Origin: an uncultured Bacilli bacterium
GTDB taxonomy: Bacteria > Bacillota_I > Bacilli_A > RF39 > UBA660
Direction: 5' to 3'
DNA length: 64,000 nucleotides
Assembly (NCBI GenBank): GCA_947626035.1
Contig: CANQQR010000001.1
Coordinates: 13,096-77,095 of the forward strand
Shown here: piece by piece, positions 55,686-64,000 of the stretch
How positions within the stretch are numbered: the first letter of the stretch is position 1
Layout of the letters: every line of letters begins with the position of its first letter
Made by a program: the position numbers and the translations under genes
Notes under the pieces: model-generated
Seen by the model: only the letters and a program-made list of their open reading frames with translations
What the model was told of the DNA's origin: nothing
Database searches by the model: none

Positions 55686-56660
55686 ATGATAGTCAATATT
55701 TGTTTTTTAATTATAGGATTTATAGGGATAATACTACTATATATTGGTCTGAAGAAATTTAACGAAGCGTCACTTATGGTTGACGCCAAACAAGAAAATA
55801 TACAAAAAGAACAAGAGGAAATAAAAAAGCTTAATCGAGATAAACAAAATCTGCAATGGGAGATTAATCAATTAACAATTAGTTTAGATAATTATATCAA
55901 AGGGCAAGAGAAGGAGTATAAGGAACAAAAAGAACGTCTCGATGAACAGCTAGATTTATATAAACAAAAGACAGACCATGCTAGAAGTATTTATGTTGAT
56001 AATATAGAAAAAGAATATGATCTTGTTGAAGCTACTTATAAGAGGAAGACTCAAGAGTTAAAAGACAAACAAGAGAAAATAGAAAAAGACATTAAAGACG
56101 CGGGTTCCCGCTTTGAGGCGCTTAAGAGCGAGATTAATGCTGCCACTGAGGCGCAACTCCGCGAGCAACAAATGCAATTAAATCAAGATTTTTATAAATT
56201 AAATCCATCTAAAGAAGATTTAGATGACATATTAAAACTTGAATCTGTTAAACCAATGCTTCATAATCCTGTTATATTAAGTAAGTTAATTTGGTCTACT
56301 TATTTTTTAAAGCAGGCAAATGCTTTATGTAGTAGAGTATGCGGAGAAGAACCTGTGACAGGTATTTATAAGATTACAAATCTGGATACGAAACAAGTGT
56401 ATGTAGGCCAAAGCGTATCGATCCAGGATCGTATCAAACAACATTTGAAGGCGGGTCTAGGAATCGATGCCTCTTCAACAAATAAATTATATAAAGCTAT
56501 GTCACAATATGGCATCTGGAACTTTACTTTTGAAGTATTGGAGCAGTGTCCGCGAGAAAAATTAAATGAAGCTGAGAAGCGTTGGATTGAAATATATAGA
56601 GCAAATGAACTTGGATATAATAGTAACTGCGGGATAGGTAAGAAGGAGATAAAAGGATGA
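55686..56660 (+). CDS. Membrane-anchored coiled-coil protein with C-terminal GIY-YIG nuclease domain
   Basis: N-terminal TM ICFLIIGFIGIILLYIGL; ~170 aa heptad-rich K/E/Q region; C-terminal TGIYKITNLDTKQVYVGQSVSIQDRIKQH...YG..NFTFEVLE...EKRWIEIYRANELGYNS is a complete GIY-YIG core. Confidence 0.55.
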   Translation: MIVNICFLIIGFIGIILLYIGLKKFNEASLMVDAKQENIQKEQEEIKKLNRDKQNLQWEINQLTISLDNYIKGQEKEYKEQKERLDEQLDLYKQKTDHARSIYVDNIEKEYDLVEATYKRKTQELKDKQEKIEKDIKDAGSRFEALKSEINAATEAQLREQQMQLNQDFYKLNPSKEDLDDILKLESVKPMLHNPVILSKLIWSTYFLKQANALCSRVCGEEPVTGIYKITNLDTKQVYVGQSVSIQDRIKQHLKAGLGIDASSTNKLYKAMSQYGIWNFTFEVLEQCPREKLNEAEKRWIEIYRANELGYNSNCGIGKKEIKG

Positions 56661-57487
56661 AGTTTGAACATACTAAGGTATTTAACTTTGAAGGTGCTTT
56701 CAGGGGACTTAGAAATCCTCTTAATAGCTGGAATAAATCTGATAGTTATTTTGGTTTAATTAGTACAGAATATGATATAGAAGATGATTGGACAGTCGCT
56801 TGTGATTGGTTACATAAAAAATATCCAGATGAAAATTATGCAGATTTATATGAGAACCACGAAGAAGAGTTAGAGGAAAAAGATGAATGGCTACTTAAAA
56901 ATGGTGTATTAGAAGATGATGTGAATAAAGATATTGCTAATGTAGCATTTATCGGTCCAGCTGATATGGAACTTGCGCAACGTCTAGTGCGCTCAGGACC
57001 TGAACACCGCAAATTTCTTCGTCAGATTATGGTGTCTGTTGATATAACCGCACCCCAATACATCTGGGCCGAGCTTGATACTTACAAAGTAGGCACAACC
57101 GCGAATAGCACATCTAAGATGCACAAACTAGCCTCTACTCCTATTACTATTGATTGTTTCGAAACAGGAGATATGCAAGATGTAATTATTGAAGATAGTC
57201 CAGAACCTACTTTTGTCGTAACGTCTGGCTATATGGCTAACACAATGATTACTTGGCTTGAAGAATTACGTCAAAAGTATAATGAAACAAAAGATAAGAA
57301 ATATTGGAAAGAGCTAATTCGTTGGCTTCCAGAATCTTGGCTACAGACTCGTACAGTTACAATGAATTATGAAAATATCCTATCTATCTGCAAGCAACGT
57401 AAAGGACATAAGCTATCAGAGTGGAGTGCGTTTATTGATTGGGCTAAGGGGCTGCCCTACGCTTCAGAGCTATTGTTTTTAGACTAA
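56657..57487 (+). CDS. Hypothetical protein (possible nucleotide-metabolism enzyme; no diagnostic motif found)
   Basis: 276-aa ORF translationally coupled to upstream gene. Confidence 0.4.
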   Translation: MKFEHTKVFNFEGAFRGLRNPLNSWNKSDSYFGLISTEYDIEDDWTVACDWLHKKYPDENYADLYENHEEELEEKDEWLLKNGVLEDDVNKDIANVAFIGPADMELAQRLVRSGPEHRKFLRQIMVSVDITAPQYIWAELDTYKVGTTANSTSKMHKLASTPITIDCFETGDMQDVIIEDSPEPTFVVTSGYMANTMITWLEELRQKYNETKDKKYWKELIRWLPESWLQTRTVTMNYENILSICKQRKGHKLSEWSAFIDWAKGLPYASELLFLD

Positions 57488-57562
57488 TAGACACTTATTT
57501 GATTTTACTAAATAATTATGATATAATATTAATATAATAATAAAGGATGGTTAGTAAAATTA

Positions 57563-57934
57563 ATGACAAATAAAGAAGTGTTTATTAAGATTGTAGAAGA
57601 AGAAATTTTTAATCATGATGATATTTATGTAGAGCAGTATGAGGAAGAGTTTAATCAAGCTTTAAGTTATTTTAATGAATTAAAGAATAGTAAAACTAAA
57701 GAACTTCCCCTAATTACAGAAAAAGGTAAGCAAATATTAACCTTTATGATAGAAAATCAAGATAAATATAATAACATCTTCAAAGCAAAAGATATTGCAG
57801 AAGGACTATTCATTTCTGGACACTCAGTATCTGGCTCCATGCGGAAACTGATCTCCGCAGGTTTTGTGGAAAAAATTGGTCAATCACCTGTTACCTATTC
57901 TCTTACTGAGAAGGGTGAGATAGTATCATTTTGA
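57563..57934 (+). CDS. Winged-helix DNA-binding protein
   Basis: KAKDIAEGLFISGHSVSGSMRKLISAGFVEKIG is HTH-like. Confidence 0.45.
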   Translation: MTNKEVFIKIVEEEIFNHDDIYVEQYEEEFNQALSYFNELKNSKTKELPLITEKGKQILTFMIENQDKYNNIFKAKDIAEGLFISGHSVSGSMRKLISAGFVEKIGQSPVTYSLTEKGEIVSF

Positions 57935-58006
57935 CAAGATTAAAAATTTATGATATAATATTAATATAATAAAATTAGAGATTAATTATAAGGAGAAAAT
58001 AAGTAA

Positions 58007-58975
58007 ATGAAGAAATGTGTAAACACAGAAAGAATTTGTGGTAGAGTTTATGAACATAATTTAGCTATTAAGACAGTACAGAATCAGACTTCTACGAATT
58101 ATGGGAAAGAGTTTATTTCTGGCACTCTTGATGTTGCAACTGACGATGAAGGACTCAATGTTCTTCAGATTCATTATACGTATGTGACTCCAACAACTAA
58201 AAGCGGAGGAATTAATAATACTTATACTGCATTAAAGAAGATTATTACAGAAGGAAAAACTTGGGTTGCGGATGGTAAAGATGCGGCGACCAAGGTTAGA
58301 ATTGATACAAGTCTGGATTTAAATGACTTTTATGCGCAGGATGGATCATTGGTATCCGCAAAGCGTAATGAGGGTGGATTTGTAACTATTATTAATGATT
58401 TGGATGATGAAACTGATAGAAACAAGTTTACTGTAGATATGCTTATTACCAATGTTACTAGAGTTGAAGCTAACGCGGAAAAGCATATTGATAAAGATTA
58501 TCTATCAATTAGAGGAGCCGTATTTAATTTTAGAGGAGATTTACTTCCTGTTGAATTGGTTGTACATAACGAAATGGGTATGAAATATTTTGAAAATCTT
58601 GACGCTTCTCCATCTAATCCTATTTTTACCAAGGTGTGGGGAAGAATTATGTGTACAACTATTAAAACATCAATCGAAGAAGAATCTGCTTTTGGTGAGA
58701 GCGCGGTTCGTATTTCTACAAGAACTACTAAAGAATGGGTAATCACTGGTGCAGCGAAAGTTCCTTATGAATTTGGAGAGGAAAAAGTACTGACAGCGGA
58801 TGAACTTACTAAAGCAATGCAGAATAGAGAGGTTCATTTAGCTGAGATCAAGAAAAATAATGAAGAATACAAGGCTGCTAAAGCTGCAAAGGTAGATAAT
58901 GCTTTCGCGGCTGGCGGTGTGATGAATATGCCTGGGGCAACGGTTGCAGCTCCGACCGGAACTTGGAACTTCTAA
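58007..58975 (+). CDS. Hypothetical protein (possible ssDNA-binding protein)
   Basis: 322-aa ORF in the replication block; Ala/Gly-rich tail ending in aromatic F; terminator hairpin 58976-58997. Confidence 0.35.
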   Translation: MKKCVNTERICGRVYEHNLAIKTVQNQTSTNYGKEFISGTLDVATDDEGLNVLQIHYTYVTPTTKSGGINNTYTALKKIITEGKTWVADGKDAATKVRIDTSLDLNDFYAQDGSLVSAKRNEGGFVTIINDLDDETDRNKFTVDMLITNVTRVEANAEKHIDKDYLSIRGAVFNFRGDLLPVELVVHNEMGMKYFENLDASPSNPIFTKVWGRIMCTTIKTSIEEESAFGESAVRISTRTTKEWVITGAAKVPYEFGEEKVLTADELTKAMQNREVHLAEIKKNNEEYKAAKAAKVDNAFAAGGVMNMPGATVAAPTGTWNF

Positions 58976-59015
58976 GAGAAGGGCATCTGCCCTTCTCCTT
59001 GGTTTATTGAGTGAG

Positions 59016-59046
59016 AATAATAAATAATAAATAATAAATAATAAAT
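59016..59046. repeat. Short tandem repeat (AATAAAT) x ~4.4
   Basis: aataaataataaataataaataataaataag. Confidence 0.7.
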
Positions 59047-59066
59047 AAGGAGATAGATAGATATAT

Positions 59067-59160
59067 GAGTGAATTAAGTTTGTTAGATATTCAACCACAT
59101 CAAGTTAGTAGGGATTTAAGAGGTTACTCAGTGTTCTTCTATGGCGAGGCCAAAAGCGGT
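59067..59160 (+). CDS. AAA_24/Sak4-like RecA-fold ATPase, exon 1 (ends inside the Walker A motif: ...FFYGEAKSG)
   Basis: ATG 59067 after AAGGAGATAGATAGAT; exon 2 supplies KTTTATKF to complete GEAKSGKTT. Confidence 0.5.
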
Positions 59161-60152
59161 TCCCGGTCAAAGTGACGTTAGCCGCAATTATATGGGGAAA
59201 ATGCGGGAATGCGTAATAGATAATAGATACTAAATTATAATAGTAATATTATAATGGCAAAGGGTAATGCCTAAGGTATAGTAACAAGTCTATTATTATG
59301 CGAGAATCCGCAGCTAAAGTCCTAGAAAGTAGGATAAAAGTTCAACGACTAGATTTTATAATCGTAGATTTTATAATCGAAACACCCGTAGGTGTTTAGT
59401 TAAGGAGAGTTAAAATGCTTGAAAGACAGTGGAAAAAAATTATTATAGACGGTAAAGAAACCTTTTATAGTGTATCTAATTATGGAGAAGTTAGAAATGA
59501 TTCTACAAGAACCCTATTAGGTGGTCATGTTAATAACAATGGTTATAGAATGGTCCATCTAAGACAACGTATGAACAAAATGTGTTCCGTTCATAGGCTT
59601 GTTATGAAAGCCTTTAAGCCTTGTGATAATATGGATGATCTGCAAATAAATCATATTGATGGAAATAAATTAAATAACTATATTGAAAATCTTGAATGGT
59701 CAACAGCTTTGGAAAATATGCGACATAGTTATATAAATGGTTTACAACCTAGAAAAATGAGAACATGCTATCAATATGATTTAGATGGAAATTTTATAGC
59801 TGAGTATATTAATGGTAATGAAGCGGCAAAACAACTGAATCTTGATTATACAACTATTAATCATTGTATGAATGGAGAGTTGCAACATTATCGTCAATTT
59901 CAATTTAAAGATTATAAGGCTGATAAAATTAAACCATGGAGTAATCCAAGAAATCAAATGGTTTATGTTTATACCGATAATGGAGAGTTTGTAGAAACAT
60001 ATGAAAATCAAAATAAATGCGCAGAGGCTTTTGGAGTGGCAGCTTCTTCAATGAGTAGATACATTTCTGGGACTAGAAAATTAAAAGGTTTCGTATTTTC
60101 AAGAAAACCTCTTTAATTAAATATTTGAAGATATAGTCTAAACGAAAGTTTG
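59161..60152 (+). mobile_element. Group I intron (putative) carrying an HNH homing endonuclease, inserted in the Walker A codons of the ATPase gene
   Basis: 5' exon ends in U (59160) and the insert ends in G (60152); in-frame rejoining gives GEAKSG|KTTTATKFPRH; the supplied ORF 60150-61097 has no ATG and no RBS. Confidence 0.55.
59415..60116 (+). CDS. HNH homing endonuclease (NUMOD4 N-terminus, HNH core, C-terminal IENR/HTH-like repeats)
   Basis: FYSVSNYGEVRN; VHRLVMKAF...INHIDGNKLNNYIENLEWST; repeated ...NGNEAAKQLNLDYTTINHCMNGE / ...NQNKCAEAFGVAASSMSRYISG. Confidence 0.65.
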   Translation: MLERQWKKIIIDGKETFYSVSNYGEVRNDSTRTLLGGHVNNNGYRMVHLRQRMNKMCSVHRLVMKAFKPCDNMDDLQINHIDGNKLNNYIENLEWSTALENMRHSYINGLQPRKMRTCYQYDLDGNFIAEYINGNEAAKQLNLDYTTINHCMNGELQHYRQFQFKDYKADKIKPWSNPRNQMVYVYTDNGEFVETYENQNKCAEAFGVAASSMSRYISGTRKLKGFVFSRKPL

Positions 60153-61097
60153 AAAACGACAACAGCGACCAAGTTTCCTCGCCACCTTCTGCTAGCCGCA
60201 GAAAAAGGTTATAATGCGATTCCTGGCGCAATGGCGATGCCAATTAATTCATGGGGTGACTTCCGAAAAGTATTAAAGCAACTGAAAGATCCGCGAGTGA
60301 AGGAGCGTTATGAAACCGTAATCCTAGATACTATAGATATATTCTATGACTATTGCGAATCATACATCTGTGCAAACGCTAAAAGGGCGGATGGAGGATA
60401 CGGAGTCGATGCCATAGGTGACCTAGGGTACGGGAAGGGGTATACAATGGCCGCGAAAGAATTTGACGAGTGCCTGAGAAGTATTGTGCAGATGGACTAC
60501 GGTTTAGTTCTTATTAGTCACGCTGTAGATAAAACTTTTACAGATGAACAAGGGCATGAGTTTAATCAGATTGTTCCAACATTGAGTGGAAAAGCGCGTA
60601 ATATTGTACTAAGAATGTGTGATCTGATTGGCTATTCAAGAGCAGTTCAAAATGCAGATGGAACCACAACTACTAAACTCTTTATGCGAGGCACTCCGCG
60701 CTATATAGCCGGCAGCCGCTTTAAATATACGCCAGATGTTATTGATTTTACTTATGATAATCTTGTAAAAGCTATTTGTGATGCTATTGATAAACAGATG
60801 GCGGAAGATGGCGCACAGTATTTTACAGATGAGTATCAAAATCTACATTCCGCGCCGGTCGAATTAGATTTTGATGAATTATTAAATGAATTTAATAGTC
60901 TAGTTTCTGAAGTTACTTCTAAGGTTGATGATGCGACGTTCAAAGAGTTCTGGTCTCCGCGCATCACGCAGATTATTGAGCGATATTTAGGTAAGGGACA
61001 AAAAGTAAACAATATTTCTAGAGAGCAGACAGAAGCTCTAGATCTAATTATTACAGATTTTAAAGAATTAATTAAAAATAATAAGTTAGGGGCGTGA
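60153..61097 (+). CDS. AAA_24/Sak4-like ATPase, exon 2
   Basis: KTTTATKF (Walker A completion), VILDTIDIF (Walker B-like), RecA-fold length. Confidence 0.5.
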   Translation, partial: KTTTATKFPRHLLLAAEKGYNAIPGAMAMPINSWGDFRKVLKQLKDPRVKERYETVILDTIDIFYDYCESYICANAKRADGGYGVDAIGDLGYGKGYTMAAKEFDECLRSIVQMDYGLVLISHAVDKTFTDEQGHEFNQIVPTLSGKARNIVLRMCDLIGYSRAVQNADGTTTTKLFMRGTPRYIAGSRFKYTPDVIDFTYDNLVKAICDAIDKQMAEDGAQYFTDEYQNLHSAPVELDFDELLNEFNSLVSEVTSKVDDATFKEFWSPRITQIIERYLGKGQKVNNISREQTEALDLIITDFKELIKNNKLGA

Positions 61098-61174
61098 CAT
61101 TAGTCACGTCCTTTCTTGATTTTATATAAAAAATATGGTATAATATTAATATAAATATTATAGGAGTTATAGCT

Positions 61175-61690
61175 ATGGCTCATATTATGAAGTGCAAAGT
61201 ATGCGGGGAATCATTTGATAGAGATAAGATAACTTGCATACATGTTGGTAATAGATACGCGCATGTTGAATGTGCACAGAAAGCAGAGTTAAAGGGTGAA
61301 TTGATCGAGCCTCCGCAAAAAGATCCAGATTTAATCGCTCTTGAAGAATACGTAATGAAGTTATTTAATCAAACATATGTAAGCCCCGGAATAAGAAAGC
61401 AAATTAATCAGTATCATGATGAATATAAATTCACTTACAAAGGGATATTGCAAAGTTTGATTTATTTCTTTGAATTAAGAGGCAATCCAATAGATAAAGC
61501 TAATGGACATATTGGAATTGTACCATATATATATAAAGAAGCAACAACTTATTATTATAATCTATATTTAGCTAAAATAGTAAATAATCAAAAAAACATT
61601 AATGATTATAAACCAAAAATAAAACATATTGAAATCACTCCTCCAAAGGCGGAGACTAAAAAAATTAAATTATTCAACTTAGATGAATAG
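61175..61690 (+). CDS. Zinc-finger protein upstream of the helicase
   Basis: MKCKVCGESF...CIHVGNRYAHVECAQ has CxxC...HxxC. Confidence 0.4.
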   Translation: MAHIMKCKVCGESFDRDKITCIHVGNRYAHVECAQKAELKGELIEPPQKDPDLIALEEYVMKLFNQTYVSPGIRKQINQYHDEYKFTYKGILQSLIYFFELRGNPIDKANGHIGIVPYIYKEATTYYYNLYLAKIVNNQKNINDYKPKIKHIEITPPKAETKKIKLFNLDE

Positions 61691-63242
61691 GGGTTTTAAT
61701 ATGAATAAATATATAGATAAATCTGCCATTATCCAGGTAATAGGGAATATTTATAATAATCCTGGTCTACTTGATATGGAAGATAAATATAACTTTAATG
61801 AAGAAGACTTTCCAGAAGAGTTCCATAAGATACTCTTTGGATCGATATATAATTTACACGCGCTCGGTGCTAAAAAAATAGATATTAATACAATAGAAGA
61901 TTATTTACAACAAAGACCTAAAAAGTTCGCGGTATATCAATCAAATAAAGGGTCTGAGTATATAACTAGAATTAGTAATGGTGTTCAGTATGCAGCTTTT
62001 GATTATTATTATCAGCGGATGAAAAAAATGACTCTGTTAAGAATGTATAATCAATTAGCTGGGTTAGATTTATCATGGCTGTATGATATAGATAATATCT
62101 TTGATATTAAAAAGCGTCAAGCGCAAGAGGATTGGTTAGATAATACACCAATAGATGAAATAGCAAACGCTATCGATCAAAAAATAACAGATATAAGAAT
62201 AAAATATATTAACAATAGCGAAGCAGACATAATAAACGCGGGAACCGGAGCTATGGAGTTACTAGAGCAGCTTCGGCAGCATCCAGAAGTTGGCTATCCG
62301 ATGTATGGACCTTTGATTAATACAATCACACGCGGCGCCCGCCTTAAAAAGTTTTATCTGCGGTCCGCGGCTACTGGTGTTGGTAAGACAAGATCAATGA
62401 TTGCAGATGCTTGCTTTATTGCTTGTGATGAACTATTTGACAAAGAACAAGGATTATGGATAAGTAATGGCACTAAAGAACCAACGTTGTTTATAGCTAC
62501 AGAACAAGAATTAGATGAAGTACAGACAATGATGATAGCGTTTTTGGCTAATGTAAATGAGGAACATATCGTTAAAGGTACTTATTTAGCGGGTGAGTGG
62601 GAGCGAGCAACCTACGCCGCGCAATTATTACAAAGATGTCCTATATATACAATTAGATTAAAAGATTTTTCGTTACAAGATATAGAGAACACCATTAAGT
62701 CGAGTGTGAGAGAACATAAGACTCATTATATTTTCTTTGACTATCTTCACTCTAGTATGAAAATTCTTGAAGAAGTATCATCAAAAGCAAAGGTAAAGGG
62801 ATTAAGGGAGGACAATATCCTCTTTATGATTTCTACAAAGCTGAAAGATTTATGTAATGATTATGGTGTTTTTATTATGACAGCCACTCAGTTAAATGCT
62901 GAATATAAGACTGCGCAGCAGTACGATCAAAATTTACTCCGTGGTGCGAAGAGTATCGCTGATAAAATAGACTTAGGTTTAATTATGCTTGAAGTAAGTC
63001 AAGATGATAGAGCTGCGCTAGAAGATGTTGTCAGTAAAGGCTTTGATATGCCTTCAATTAAGATCTCTGTGTATAAAAATAGACGAGGTCGATATAAAGA
63101 TATTTTAATGTGGTGTAGAGAAGACCGTGGAACTTGTAGAATAGAACCAATGTTTGTGACAGATTACCAATATCAGTTAATTGAAATAGAAGACTTAAGA
63201 GTAACAGTGAAAGAAGAATCAGCATTTGATGAAGAAGTATAA
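61683..63242 (+). CDS. Replicative DNA helicase (DnaB/gp41-like)
   Basis: Walker A SAATGVGKTRSM; C-terminal RecA-like segment ...LFMISTKLKDLCNDYGVFIMTATQLNAEY; 519 aa. Confidence 0.65.
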   Translation: MNRGFNMNKYIDKSAIIQVIGNIYNNPGLLDMEDKYNFNEEDFPEEFHKILFGSIYNLHALGAKKIDINTIEDYLQQRPKKFAVYQSNKGSEYITRISNGVQYAAFDYYYQRMKKMTLLRMYNQLAGLDLSWLYDIDNIFDIKKRQAQEDWLDNTPIDEIANAIDQKITDIRIKYINNSEADIINAGTGAMELLEQLRQHPEVGYPMYGPLINTITRGARLKKFYLRSAATGVGKTRSMIADACFIACDELFDKEQGLWISNGTKEPTLFIATEQELDEVQTMMIAFLANVNEEHIVKGTYLAGEWERATYAAQLLQRCPIYTIRLKDFSLQDIENTIKSSVREHKTHYIFFDYLHSSMKILEEVSSKAKVKGLREDNILFMISTKLKDLCNDYGVFIMTATQLNAEYKTAQQYDQNLLRGAKSIADKIDLGLIMLEVSQDDRAALEDVVSKGFDMPSIKISVYKNRRGRYKDILMWCREDRGTCRIEPMFVTDYQYQLIEIEDLRVTVKEESAFDEEV

Positions 63243-63399
63243 AGAGTTAAAAGAGCTATGGGATTGGCTTGATTTTTGTGCTTGGGTTGGTAATTGGAAG
63301 AAAGCAAATGAGACTTCTAATAAAATAGATGAAATTGCAAAGGTCATAAAATTGCTAATTTCTTTGCCAGTATATTTTATCCATTTTAGGTGTGCTATC

Positions 63400-63999
63400 A
63401 TGTATGATAAAGATGAATTAAAGAACTCTTTGACTATTGAACAAATATTCGATTTAGTTACAGATCTAGGTGGTGAGCCTATTATGAAAGATGGTTATTT
63501 TGTATCACGAACCATCTGCCATAATCCGCCTGGCACCGGATCATATAAATTGTATTATTACGATAATACAAAACTATTTAAGTGTTTTACAGAATGTTCT
63601 GATACTTTTGATGTTTACGAACTAGTATGTAAGATAAATAACCTTAGAAATGATGATAATAGCTATCAGTTGTTTAAAGCAATATTATACATACTTAAAT
63701 ACTTCAACATAGCTAATGAAAACTTTGATTTTTCAGACCAACAAGAATTATTAGGCGATTGGAATATTCTTAATAAATATGATGAAAATAACTCAATTAG
63801 ACTACAACAAATTGTTGATTTAAAAGTTTATGATGAATCAATTTTAAAAAATCTTCCACATCCTATAATTGAACCTTGGGAGGCGGAAGGTATCGATAGA
63901 AACGTCATGAGCAGGCACAAAATTGCCTATGACCCAGCCGCGCAAGGAATAGTAATTCCGCATTATGATATGTCTGGAAACCTTATAGGAATTAGAGAG
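63400..63999 (+). CDS. DNA primase (DnaG-like, zinc-binding N-terminus), 5' partial at window end
   Basis: CHNPPGTGSYKLYYY...CFTECSD Zn-ribbon pattern; later ...AQGIVIPHYDMSGNLIGIR (Toprim beginning). Confidence 0.5.
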   Translation, partial: MYDKDELKNSLTIEQIFDLVTDLGGEPIMKDGYFVSRTICHNPPGTGSYKLYYYDNTKLFKCFTECSDTFDVYELVCKINNLRNDDNSYQLFKAILYILKYFNIANENFDFSDQQELLGDWNILNKYDENNSIRLQQIVDLKVYDESILKNLPHPIIEPWEAEGIDRNVMSRHKIAYDPAAQGIVIPHYDMSGNLIGIRE

Positions 64000-64000
64000 C

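Noticed and set aside
56657-57487. Flavin-dependent thymidylate synthase (ThyX) assignment for the 276-aa ORF
   Set aside because: Size and genomic context are suggestive, but the diagnostic RHRxxxxxxxS motif is absent; the closest string is EHRKFLRQIMVS. It is kept as hypothetical.
59016-59046. Possible CRISPR-like or minisatellite array (aataaat repeats)
   Set aside because: Only ~4.4 copies of a 7-nt unit with no spacers. It is simple AT-rich slippage sequence, not a CRISPR array. No cas genes are in the window.
1-64000. Prophage or integrative element features (integrase, attachment sites, transposase)
   Set aside because: No tyrosine or serine recombinase motifs, transposase DDE signatures or flanking direct repeats were seen. 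Gene content of replication, lysis and tail fibres fits a lytic phage fragment.

Overview
The window looks like a 64-kb slice of a large, AT-rich, virulent phage of a low-GC Gram-positive host. The host inference rests on an endolysin with a CHAP domain plus CW_binding_1-type repeats and on sigma-70-like promoters with Shine-Dalgarno sites; no integrase is seen. The layout, from 5' to 3', is as follows. (1) 1-6.1 kb: an early region of small genes packaged as promoter-ORF-terminator cassettes, with a recurring palindromic operator and divergent paralog families. (2) 6.2-8.3 kb: repeat-rich non-coding DNA with ~164-bp tandem repeats and twin long hairpins. (3) 7.7-10.8 kb: a minus-strand block that includes a GIY-YIG protein. 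(4) 10.9-20.2 kb: many small genes behind a highly conserved promoter, TTGAtttttAAAAAATTTTtGtTATAATATAtgTAtaAG. More than 25 copies of this promoter occur in the window, and several are followed by a conserved leader hairpin. (5) 20.2-30.7 kb: a tRNA array with at least 16 parseable tRNAs plus several aberrant tRNA-like elements. It is interspersed with moron-like genes: an HNH endonuclease and a secreted beta-helix repeat protein. It ends next to a vWA/Ro60-like gene. (6) 32.3-37.6 kb: a minus-strand tail-fiber module fused to an unusual operon. The operon is tail fiber, then a 253-aa protein with ~60 Cys in CxxC/CxGC repeats, then a small protein, then a radical-SAM/SPASM maturase. The module also contains a GC-rich foreign gene fragment. 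(7) 37.8-43.0 kb: an RNA-repair cassette with two metallophosphoesterases, an ATP-dependent RNA ligase and a P-loop polynucleotide kinase. (8) 43.6-63.9 kb: PhoH, holin/endolysin, RNase H and a type-II topoisomerase B-like gene. The topoisomerase gene is split by a group I intron carrying a frameshifted GIY-YIG HEG. After it come the topo A subunit and a DNA ligase. Next is a membrane-anchored coiled-coil GIY-YIG protein. Then an AAA_24-like ATPase gene is split by a second group I intron carrying an HNH HEG. The block ends with a DnaB-like helicase and the start of a primase. All calls are from manual motif reading; no database search was possible.
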